A stretch of DNA of 54,006 bases from a virus. Taxonomy: Duplodnaviria; Heunggongvirae; Uroviricota; Caudoviricetes. The stretch lies in IMG/VR virus record IMGVR_UViG_2718218355_000004; one strand, written 5' to 3'. How positions within the stretch are numbered: position 1 is the stretch's first letter; each line of letters begins with the position of its first letter. This document shows positions 32,967 to 41,141 of the stretch, piece by piece. A program made the position numbers and the translations under genes. The notes under the pieces are model-generated. The model searched no databases, was not told the origin of the DNA, and saw nothing but the letters and a program-made list of their open reading frames with translations.

Positions 32967-33829
32967 GCTTAGTCAGCCGTTGTCTCCGGGTGTCGCGTGC
33001 GCAGTTGCACGTAATTCTCAGACGAACCGATGACTGGAAAGATGGTCGCCGCAGCCGTCACTCAGATGATACGGATGTGCTTCTCCGTATACACCATGTT
33101 ATCGGAGAGCTGCCCACGTATGGTTATCGTCGGGTATGGGCGCTGCTTCGCAGACAGGCCGAACTTGATGGTATGCCTGCGATCAATGCCAAACGTGTTT
33201 ACCGGATCATGCGCCAGAATGCGCTGTTGCTTGAGCGAAAAACCGCTGTACCGCCATCGAAACGGGCACATACTGGCAAAGTGGCCGTGAAAGAAAGCAA
33301 TCAACGATGGTGCTCTGACGGGTTCGAGTTCCGCTGTGATAACGGAGAAAAACTGCGAGTCACGTTCGCGCTGGACTGCTGTGACCGTGAGGCACTGCAC
33401 TGGGCAGTCACTACGGGCGGCTTCGACAGTGAAACAGTACAGGACGTAATGCTGGGAGCGGTGGAACGCCGCTTCGGCAACGAGCTTCCGGCGTCTCCAG
33501 TAGAGTGGCTGACGGATAATGGTTCATGCTACCGGGCTAATGAAACACGGCAGTTTGCCCGGATGTTGGGGCTTGAACCGAAGAACACGGCGGTGCGGAG
33601 TCCGGAGAGTAACGGCATAGCAGAGAGCTTCGTGAAAACGATAAAGCGTGACTACATCAGTATCATGCCTAAACCAGACGGGTTAACGGCAGCAAAGAAC
33701 CTTGCAGAGGCGTTCGAGCATTATAACGAATGGCATCCGCATAGTGCACTGGGTTATCGCTCGCCACGGGAATATCTGCGGCAGCAGGCCAGTAATGGGT
33801 TAAGTGATAACAGGTGTCTGGAAATATAG
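32924..33829 (+). CDS. insD: IS2 transposase OrfB (InsD), DDE catalytic domain
   Basis: 301 aa overlapping insC in the -1 frame (typical IS3-family OrfAB arrangement). Confidence 0.9.
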
Positions 33830-34009
33830 GGGCAAATCCAAACGCATCATCAGCCCCTGCCAAGAAATATCAAAACTCCCGCCAGCAATGTGTTATCACA
33901 ATATTGTAAAAAAAACACAGCACCGAAACTATAACTGGTCTCTGTTATAATTTGGAGCAGAAAGACCAGTTGCCCAACTAGCAGCATTCTCCCCTGCTTT
34001 CCTGACGTA

Positions 34010-34036
34010 AAAAAACCGCATTAAGCGGTTTTTTTA
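34010..34036 (-). terminator. tR'-like terminator downstream of the Q-like gene
   Basis: AAAAAAACCGC-ATTAA-GCGGTTTTTTT; symmetric A/T tracts allow termination in either direction; about 80 bp downstream of the putative Q stop. Confidence 0.45.
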
Positions 34037-34115
34037 CGATGTCCATGTCTGCAATCCGCCTCGCGATACAGCTTTGCGAAGCATAGCAAAATTGAAGCAG
34101 TTTATACGTAAGAAA

Positions 34116-34658
34116 TCAAGCCATTTTCTCAGCAAATGATTCACGCATGGGAATATATAGGGCATACTCAGCAACAGCTAACCAATTAGCAATCCGTTTT
34201 TCGCATGTGCTAAAACACCACTCTGGGTGTGCATCATTTAGCAATTCAGCCATTTTGCGCTTAGTCATCCCCCGCCCTTCATAGCGTTGCCGGAGAATGC
34301 AAATCAATCCTGGATGCTCTGCCAGCACCTCACTTATGACTCGATCAATACATAACGCCTCTGCATCAGTACAATGCGCCAGCCAGCTCTTTTGCTTGCC
34401 GTTGATCATCTCTCGCAAAAACGCTTCCAGCTCAGCTTTCTCTATTCCCGCTTTTTTCATTCTGCGCAGGGCTTCATTAATGGCTGTTTTCGTCAGTTTT
34501 TTGGATGCCAACAACTGATTGAACATATTCCCTGACCTGCCACCGCCAATATACGACCAGCGCCCCCACATACGTAGTTTTCCCTGAATCCAGACACTTT
34601 CCAGCGTGGTGAGGCGAAGGTGTTCTCCGCTTTTTCCTGTATTCGTTGGGTAAATCAT
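34116..34658 (-). CDS. Putative late-gene antiterminator (Q-like)
   Basis: 180 aa in the Q position (after ybcO-like gene, before a terminator and the lysis region); assignment by position and general resemblance only. Confidence 0.4.
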   Translation of the reverse strand: MIYPTNTGKSGEHLRLTTLESVWIQGKLRMWGRWSYIGGGRSGNMFNQLLASKKLTKTAINEALRRMKKAGIEKAELEAFLREMINGKQKSWLAHCTDAEALCIDRVISEVLAEHPGLICILRQRYEGRGMTKRKMAELLNDAHPEWCFSTCEKRIANWLAVAEYALYIPMRESFAEKMA

Positions 34659-34945
34659 AAATGACCTTTCTTTCTCCAGATTTCTTGTGTGCGAAAAACC
34701 CCTTCAGCATGCATCAGGCGCAATTCTTCTTTGGTGTAATCGCTGGTTTTTACCCGCCCGTCGATTAGATCGTGGCATGAGCTACAGGCTATCGCCGCCT
34801 GCATATCGTGTGGTTTTGTCGCTGTTCCGCACGTCCCCGCCAGCCTGTAATGCGCCAGCACAGAGGTTTCGGGATTGTGATTGCAGTAGCCAGGGATTCT
34901 GATCTGGCACATCTGGCCTTTAGCCGCTTTACGTAAATTCACCAT
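34655..34945 (-). CDS. YbcO-like putative metal-binding nuclease (DUF1364)
   Basis: 96 aa with Cys/His pattern CQIRIPGYCN...NPETSVLAH...ACSSCHDLIDGR, as I recall for nin-region YbcO proteins. Confidence 0.6.
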   Translation of the reverse strand: MVNLRKAAKGQMCQIRIPGYCNHNPETSVLAHYRLAGTCGTATKPHDMQAAIACSSCHDLIDGRVKTSDYTKEELRLMHAEGVFRTQEIWRKKGHL

Positions 34946-35544
34946 TACGCAAACTCCAGTAGTTGTGCGGCCACATTTTCAACTTCCTCCTGAGAGGAGA
35001 ATTTACGGAACAGAATCCAGTTCCACAGCACATTCAGTACAGATTTATAAACCTGCTGAAACTCGACTTCGTCCATATTCGCAAAAGCGATGGATTTTGC
35101 CCGACGCCCACGGCTACCGTCCGGATAAATATGCTCGGTGTAAAATCCGGCCTGAATGGTTACCCACTCGCGGAAAGCCTCAAACGACTTTAGCAACGCC
35201 GTATCCCGGGTTCTACGAGTCGCAACGGTGTTAAGGTATTGCTCTGCGGCATCACTCAGGGCTGGCGTGTGTTCCCGACCAACTGATTCGCACAGGTAAT
35301 CAACGAAACCAGACAGCAGTTCTCGTTCGCGAGGCGTGATCGCCCCACCGACCGGAGTCCAGTAATCGAATCCCAGTTGCAGGAGTTTGAAAAAACGCTT
35401 GTGGAATGCGTAGTTACGCACACGCTTAAAGTCTGCGTGTATCCACTCACCTATTTTGATTTGATGCAGAAAATCGCAACTCTCCGGCGTCGCCGGGAGA
35501 AGTAAACCAGAAGAAGTTTGTTTGACCAGTTGTATATGCGCCAT
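34945..35544 (-). CDS. nin-region phage protein (YbcN/DUF1367-like)
   Basis: 199 aa translationally coupled to the ybcO-like gene; family name uncertain. Confidence 0.4.
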   Translation of the reverse strand: MAHIQLVKQTSSGLLLPATPESCDFLHQIKIGEWIHADFKRVRNYAFHKRFFKLLQLGFDYWTPVGGAITPRERELLSGFVDYLCESVGREHTPALSDAAEQYLNTVATRRTRDTALLKSFEAFREWVTIQAGFYTEHIYPDGSRGRRAKSIAFANMDEVEFQQVYKSVLNVLWNWILFRKFSSQEEVENVAAQLLEFA

Positions 35545-35817
35545 TTCTCAATCTCTCGATGGCGCAGTGCAGCAGATGCCAGTTGTTCAGGCTGACGTAT
35601 AAAGTATAAATAAACTGGTTCCAGTGTAAAGCCCCCACCTTAATGGAATAAAAACCAAACAACAGATTGCTGGGATACAAACAACGCTTATTATTAAAAG
35701 CGGTTAAACAAATTAAATTTTAATGTTATGCAAATTTGTCAGATCACCATAATATCTCATTTGAAAACCGCTGAAATAACAATCCTATCAGGATTAATCA
35801 TATTAAGGTGAGTAAAT

Positions 35818-35904
35818 ATGGAAAACAACAAATCTGCACATTACGCTCCTTTTTTATCTGTAATACTTTTTGTTTTTTGCTGTGTATGGGCATTATTTTT
35901 ATAA
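35818..35904 (+). CDS. Candidate small hydrophobic peptide (28 aa)
   Basis: ATG preceded by AAGGTGAG SD; translation MENNKSAHYAPFLSVILFVFCCVWALFL has one predicted TM helix; not in supplied ORF track. Confidence 0.3.
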   Translation: MENNKSAHYAPFLSVILFVFCCVWALFL

Positions 35905-35980
35905 AAATATTCACAGATAAAATAAACTCGCCGAATCAGGTTAAGTGTGGGTGCGTTGAGGATGCCTGACACATCAGAGG

Positions 35981-36002
35981 CGGCGAGGGATTTCTCCCTC
36001 GC
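35981..36002. terminator. Perfect 9-bp-stem hairpin 3' of hok
   Basis: GGCGAGGGA-TTTC-TCCCTCGCC immediately downstream of the hok stop; no strong T-tract, so it may be an mRNA 3' stabilising structure rather than a terminator. Confidence 0.35.
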
Positions 36003-36012
36003 CTAGTCACTC

Positions 36013-36168
36013 TTACTCCTCAGGTTCGTAAGCTGTGAAGACAGCGACCTCCGTCTGACCGGTTCGGATTCGCACCTCGCAGAGGTCTTTCCTCGTTACC
36101 AGTGCCGTCACTATGACGGTTAAACAGATGACAATCAGTGCGACTAACATCGCCTTTTGCTGCTTCAT
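36013..36168 (-). CDS. hok: Hok/Gef-family type I toxin (51 aa)
   Basis: MKQQKAMLVALIVICLTVIVTALVTRKDLCEVRIRTGQTEVAVFTAYEPEE, near-identical to my recollection of HokD/RelF; AAGGAG SD 7 nt upstream; the longer in-frame ORF in the track is an artefactual extension. Confidence 0.85.
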   Translation of the reverse strand: MKQQKAMLVALIVICLTVIVTALVTRKDLCEVRIRTGQTEVAVFTAYEPEE

Positions 36169-36379
36169 AGCCTGCTTCTCCTTGCCTTCCGGCGCGTAAG
36201 AGGCTAACCTACATGTGCAAAGCATGAAATTGGCCTCAGATTAATGTTAAGCGTCTTGCCGGACGCGTAATGTTATCTGGGGCTTTTCTCTATCTGCCTT
36301 TGGTGTTCATGCCTGAGGCAGATAGCCTCAAGCACCCGCAGCAATTCTACTTAACTCCCGTCACCTCGCCAATATAAAA

Positions 36380-36469
36380 TCAATCAGAAAGGCGATCCAT
36401 AAGAACAACAGCAAGACAATAAATTGCCATTACAGCCGCAATAGCTAGCGCACATTTGAGAACCAGCAC
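36380..36469 (-). CDS. Candidate small hydrophobic peptide (29 aa)
   Basis: GTG start 5 nt after a perfect AGGAGG SD; translation MLVLKCALAIAAVMAIYCLAVVLMDRLSD; different frame from the 74-aa Cys-rich track ORF. Confidence 0.3.
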   Translation of the reverse strand: MLVLKCALAIAAVMAIYCLAVVLMDRLSD

Positions 36470-36888
36470 GACAACCTCCTGTATTGGACGTACACCAGTT
36501 CTGATAAATATGAGGCTGTCTCATCATTGATTCAATATAACTATTGGGTATAGTTTCTGTGATTTTGTTCTGTAGAAATGGAACACAACAACCAGTCACC
36601 ACCAGCACTTCTTTAAATACGCCAAGTCCGACGCAAGCTAACCTTCTAGTCCGCTTTGAGCGAGGAGCGGACCAAACCCGGCCAACTGACTCTTAAAGGG
36701 GCCGCAGGAATTTTTCGTCTGAACTTTCGAAGCTCCTCTCCCTGAAGACAGAAAACTTCTGTGTGCTGTGGGAATATTGAATCTTTGCCTTAGATATAAA
36801 TAATTTTATCCCGCCTGAAGTTTACATTATTTTATTTATCTGTTTTTCTAAATCAGACTGCACTCCTTACTTAAATCAGGAGCCAGTC

Positions 36889-38088
36889 ATGCCATTTGTT
36901 ATTTATGTGTTTACTATCAGTGCCTTTGCGCTCGGACTCGCGGAATTTGTCCCCATTGGGCTGACAGACGTTATGGCTCAGGGGTTGTGTGTGGGTGTGG
37001 AGCAGACCGGGGCAGCGGTTACAACCTATGCACTGGGGGCAACGTTCGCGGCACCCGTACTGTCTGCGCTGACAGCAAGCTGGAGCCGGAAAAATGTAAT
37101 GCTTACAACTGCCGTTGTGTTTACTGCCGGTAGTCTGGCGGCCGCGTTTGCAGCCACATTACCTCAGCTCCTGTTAGCGCGGTTCATTGCTGGTCTGGGA
37201 CACGGCCTGTTTCTGGCTGCGGCATCCAGTACCGCAGCTCGTCTTGCTGGACCGGGTAAAGCAGGCAGAGCGGTGGCTGTGGTATTTGGTGGCTTTACTC
37301 TGGCGATGGCAATCGGCGTACCGCTGAGTACATGGTTGGGGGGGGTGGTCTCATGGCGTCCAGTTCTCGGCGCTATTGCCGCTTTTGGCGCGTTCGGATT
37401 CCTTGGACTGTTGTTCGGTATGAAAGATCCCGTACGCAGCGTGCCCGGTGAACATAGTGACTCAGCAATGCAGAATATCGGCATGCTGTTTAACCGTAAG
37501 TTGCTGGCCGGCGCGCTGGTTACGGTGCTGGCGTATGCAGGCTCGTTTACGGATTACACCTTTATCGCACCTATTCTGACGCAGGTGACAGGGGTTACCG
37601 GAGCAACGGTGAGTCTGTTTATGCTGGTTTACGGTATTACAGCTGCGGTAGGTAATATTCTTGGTGGGAAACTTACCGACAGCATGGGGGTTAATCGTGC
37701 CAATATACTCATCATTAGCGGCATTGTTGTTGTCGTGCTTGGTATGTGGCTGCTGTCATCCTCACCGGTGAGCATGGGCATTCTGGTTGCGCTGCTGGGT
37801 ATGGTGACATTTGCCGCAGTGCCGGCACTGCAGGCCCGTCTGATTGGTGTCGCTGAGCAACATGCTCCTCATGCGCATGGTGTTGCTGCCGGCCTGAATA
37901 TTGCGGGCTTCAACTCAGGTATAGCGCTGGGATCAGTACTGGGCAGCATTACTATAAGCCACGCCGGTATCGTGTATACCGGTATCAGCGGTGCGATTGT
38001 TTCTCTGCTCGGCCTGCTGTTGCTGCTTGCACAAATCCGTCGCAGCCACAGTCGTAAATTTCAACAGGTTAAAATCGTAGGCCAGTAA
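36889..38088 (+). CDS. MFS transporter (sugar/drug efflux-like)
   Basis: 399 aa with about 12 predicted TM helices and an MFS-type loop 2-3 motif. Confidence 0.8.
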   Translation: MPFVIYVFTISAFALGLAEFVPIGLTDVMAQGLCVGVEQTGAAVTTYALGATFAAPVLSALTASWSRKNVMLTTAVVFTAGSLAAAFAATLPQLLLARFIAGLGHGLFLAAASSTAARLAGPGKAGRAVAVVFGGFTLAMAIGVPLSTWLGGVVSWRPVLGAIAAFGAFGFLGLLFGMKDPVRSVPGEHSDSAMQNIGMLFNRKLLAGALVTVLAYAGSFTDYTFIAPILTQVTGVTGATVSLFMLVYGITAAVGNILGGKLTDSMGVNRANILIISGIVVVVLGMWLLSSSPVSMGILVALLGMVTFAAVPALQARLIGVAEQHAPHAHGVAAGLNIAGFNSGIALGSVLGSITISHAGIVYTGISGAIVSLLGLLLLLAQIRRSHSRKFQQVKIVGQ

Positions 38089-38099
38089 AGGGAGGTTAT

Positions 38100-38792
38100 A
38101 TGCTTACCCGTGAAAATATGCTTAATGGCACATTTGTCAGGGTGCATGAAGCGCTGCTCCCGGCGAATATGCTCTGGGACGCTGAAAAAATACGCGCATC
38201 AATGAACTCTACTCTGGAGGAGCGCCCGACGGGTGCTCCTGTCTGGATATTTGCCTACGGGTCATTGATGTGGAATCCCGTGCTGGCGATTGAAGAAATG
38301 CAACGGGCCCGTCTGAAAGGATGGCAGCGCAGTTTCTGCATTCGTTTGATATCCGGACGAGCGACTCCTGATGTCCCCGGCAGGATGTTATCGCTCGACG
38401 AAGGTGGAATTACCGAAGGTATTGCGTTCAGACTGCCGGAATCGACTCTTATTAATGAGCTGGAAATTGTCTGGACGCGCGAGATGATAACCGGTCTTTA
38501 CCGTCCGGTCTGGGCAGACGTTTCGCTAGGAAACGGTGAGGAAATTCAGGCGCTGGCTTTCGTATCAGACAGACTGCATCCGCATTATGAACAGGACAAT
38601 CTTACAGCGACCGTAGCGTTGAGCATCGCATCTGCCCGTGGAGACATTGGCACGAATGCAGATTATGTATGGAAACTGCAGGCCACTCTGGGTGCGTTGG
38701 GAATACGGGATGATTACGTGAGTGAACTGGCCCTTGCTCTGCATGAGGCTCCCTGTAACGATAAACTTCATCAGCGAGGCGCTTCACTATGA
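38100..38792 (+). CDS. ChaC-family gamma-glutamylcyclotransferase-like protein
   Basis: 230 aa with the ChaC signature IFAYGSLMWNP and alignment to ChaC throughout, from memory. Confidence 0.8.
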   Translation: MLTRENMLNGTFVRVHEALLPANMLWDAEKIRASMNSTLEERPTGAPVWIFAYGSLMWNPVLAIEEMQRARLKGWQRSFCIRLISGRATPDVPGRMLSLDEGGITEGIAFRLPESTLINELEIVWTREMITGLYRPVWADVSLGNGEEIQALAFVSDRLHPHYEQDNLTATVALSIASARGDIGTNADYVWKLQATLGALGIRDDYVSELALALHEAPCNDKLHQRGASL

Positions 38793-39670
38793 GCCATCTG
38801 AGCCATCTGCGAACGTTTCTTGAGGCCTATCGCTCTGGCTCCTTTTCAAAGGCGGCAGAACTACTGGGCATCACTCAGCCCGCGGCGTCACAGCATATCC
38901 AGTCTCTTGAGACTCTGGTTGGTAAGCGTCTGTTTATCAGGCAGGCCAGAGGCGTGACGGCAACCGAAGCTGCGGATGAGCTTGCCCGCTCAGTTTCACC
39001 CTTCATTGATGGTCTGGAAGAAAAGCTGTCCTCTTTCCGGTCAGGCTCTGTACGCGGGGGAACAATTAATCTGGCAGGACCGCCAGATTTTATTCATTCC
39101 CGGCTTGGGACAGTAATGGCTCCACTAATGAAGGAGGGGTATCGCCTACGCTTTCATACCGGCAATAAGCAACGTATTTATTCCCTTTTGCATGACGGGA
39201 GCGCCGATCTCGCTGTTACCGCATCTATGCCTGATGACCGTCTGTACGGCTATGCACATCTACTGACTGAACGCATGCTCCTTGTTCATGCTCCCGCCAT
39301 GTCAGAGATCATCGGATCAGAACCTGGTGCTGAAACGCTTGCCTCATTACCGCTGATTGCTTATGACGAAGAGTTGCCACTGATTAGAGCGCTCTGGGCC
39401 TCCATGTTTCAGAGAGCCCCTGAGATGCAGGCTACATTCACCATTCCGGATTTACGTATTATCCGCGACTTGGTCTGTGACGGCCACGGGTGGACAGTGC
39501 TGCCGGATTATCACTGTGACAATGACCTGAAAAGTGGTCGCCTGATTTCAGTGACACCTGCAGACCTCGCTCCGACTAATCATCTTTATCTGGTCTGGAA
39601 CAAAAGGACGGCTAATAACAGCCGAACCGCCTATGTTCGGGATTACATTCTTAAAACGTTTCCGCGTTGA
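38789..39670 (+). CDS. LysR-family transcriptional regulator
   Basis: 293 aa; N-terminal LysR HTH (FSKAAELLGITQPAASQHIQSLE) and C-terminal substrate-binding domain; start overlaps the chaC-like stop. Confidence 0.85.
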   Translation: MSHLSHLRTFLEAYRSGSFSKAAELLGITQPAASQHIQSLETLVGKRLFIRQARGVTATEAADELARSVSPFIDGLEEKLSSFRSGSVRGGTINLAGPPDFIHSRLGTVMAPLMKEGYRLRFHTGNKQRIYSLLHDGSADLAVTASMPDDRLYGYAHLLTERMLLVHAPAMSEIIGSEPGAETLASLPLIAYDEELPLIRALWASMFQRAPEMQATFTIPDLRIIRDLVCDGHGWTVLPDYHCDNDLKSGRLISVTPADLAPTNHLYLVWNKRTANNSRTAYVRDYILKTFPR

Positions 39671-39800
39671 TGTTTGAAACGGATGATTGGCGATGCGTAT
39701 CATAAGTTACGTATGTCCGCTTCTGGCACAAAGCAGACGCCCACTCTCACGCGAATGCTTTGCCCTTGACTTGCCAACAACCGTATCGCTTGCTCCGCAA

Positions 39801-41078
39801 CTATGGTTTTTTATTAGAATCTTCGCCACTAAATAAATTATAATAAATTGATTTTATTATATATCTGTCAGAATCTATATGGTCAGCACGAGTAGCATGC
39901 TCTAATGTTTCAAATGCTAGGGTTTGTGCGGCTTCAGCAAAAATTCCAGGCCACCCCTTACTCAGCATCGACAGTCCTTTAAGTACCCTTATCTGAATTT
40001 CCCTCATACTGGCACCATCGCGCGCAACAGGTGAGAAAAAGTCTTCAAGTAGATCGTTATTCTGAAGTGGTGCAACATGTACAGAAGGATATTTCACTTC
40101 TATTTCATCAGATTTATTCTGCGCGTAAGCGGAAAGTATACGTACACCTCTGCCAATGACATCAATGGCGGTTCCAGGATCGTTCACTGCGGGGGAAAGG
40201 GCTCGGCAGGCTATTTCGGCCATGACGCTAAGACAAAATCGGGGGTCCTGAGCAAATGAACGTACATCCGAGACAATAATCGTCTCAAGTAAATCGGTGC
40301 TGATTGATGACTCCTGGCCCTGACTCAGGTACAAAACTGGCGTGGACGGATGTATGAAACTGCCCGGCTGCGCCACGAGGTATACATGACGGGGATCATT
40401 GGTCAGCAGCTTGCTGAGTTTCACCATATCAACATATTCAACATAGCCAATCTTTTTCGGATAAACTGCAACCGTTCCTTTCGGCTGTTCATTGTTCTCA
40501 AGCCATGGATATCCGCCGAGACAGGGATTTCTTGCTCTCGCAATAAATGTTTCGATGGCCGCCTGTTCTACTTTTGCCGTTGTCTCACCAACCCTCCCCA
40601 GAGAGGTCAAATGCTGTATCCAGCGAAGCAATGTGATGAGGATTAAGGCAATGACAACCAGTGTTACAATGAATAAAATGACTCTCCCCCTTTCTCCATA
40701 AGCTCCCATATTGAGGGCAATAATCCCTACCAGACTGAAGAGAAAAGAACCGATGAAGGTGGCCAGTACATTTTGTGTGGTGACGTCTTCAACAACTAAA
40801 CGAGTAGCTCTGGGAGTCACATTAGTAGTGGCTGAACCGTAGGCTGTGACCATGATGCTCAGCGAAAATGTGGTCACTGCCAGCATACTCGATGCCAGTA
40901 TGTTCAGAATGTTATCGACTGCTTCCGCACCAACTTTCACGGAAACCGACTCAGGTATCATTGATTTAAAAAGAATTGATAAAAGGGCCGTTATTATTGC
41001 GACAATTGCGAATAACGTTGCCCTGAACCATAGTTTTTTAAATGTCTGCTTCAGCATCCATTTCCAGCGTGAAATCAT
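39801..41078 (-). CDS. Membrane protein, DUF2254-like
   Basis: About 425 aa with N-terminal multi-TM region and soluble C-terminal domain; start chosen at internal ATG with GAGGGA SD; family by recollection. Confidence 0.5.
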   Translation of the reverse strand: MISRWKWMLKQTFKKLWFRATLFAIVAIITALLSILFKSMIPESVSVKVGAEAVDNILNILASSMLAVTTFSLSIMVTAYGSATTNVTPRATRLVVEDVTTQNVLATFIGSFLFSLVGIIALNMGAYGERGRVILFIVTLVVIALILITLLRWIQHLTSLGRVGETTAKVEQAAIETFIARARNPCLGGYPWLENNEQPKGTVAVYPKKIGYVEYVDMVKLSKLLTNDPRHVYLVAQPGSFIHPSTPVLYLSQGQESSISTDLLETIIVSDVRSFAQDPRFCLSVMAEIACRALSPAVNDPGTAIDVIGRGVRILSAYAQNKSDEIEVKYPSVHVAPLQNNDLLEDFFSPVARDGASMREIQIRVLKGLSMLSKGWPGIFAEAAQTLAFETLEHATRADHIDSDRYIIKSIYYNLFSGEDSNKKP

Positions 41079-41113
41079 TCTGCATTCCCTCATATTGCAG
41101 CCGGGATAAATAA

Positions 41114-41134
41114 ATGCCGCCTCTGTGGCGGCAT
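41114..41134 (-). terminator. Hairpin downstream of the BCCT transporter gene
   Basis: ATGCCGCC-ACAGA-GGCGGCAT (minus strand) followed by an A/T-rich tract. Confidence 0.35.
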
Positions 41135-41141
41135 GTTGCTG

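Larger units (their letters stand above)
32510..33840 (+). mobile_element. IS2 insertion sequence (IS3 family), complete 1331 bp
   Basis: Characteristic termini (TAGACTGGCCCCCTGAATCTCC... to ...CAGGTGTCTGGAAATATAGGGGCAAATCCA); insCD genes; flanked by 5-bp direct repeat AACGC at 32505-32509 and 33841-33845. Confidence 0.95.

Noticed and set aside
36013-36225. 70-aa version of the hok ORF from the track
   Set aside because: The N-terminal extension (MLCTCRLASYAPEGKEKQA) lacks an SD, whereas the internal ATG at MKQQK has AAGGAG and gives the canonical Hok length; the start was reset to 36168.
36384-36608. 74-aa Cys-rich minus-strand ORF upstream of hok
   Set aside because: No SD, implausible composition; the same DNA in another frame contains the short SD-driven 29-aa peptide, which I report instead.
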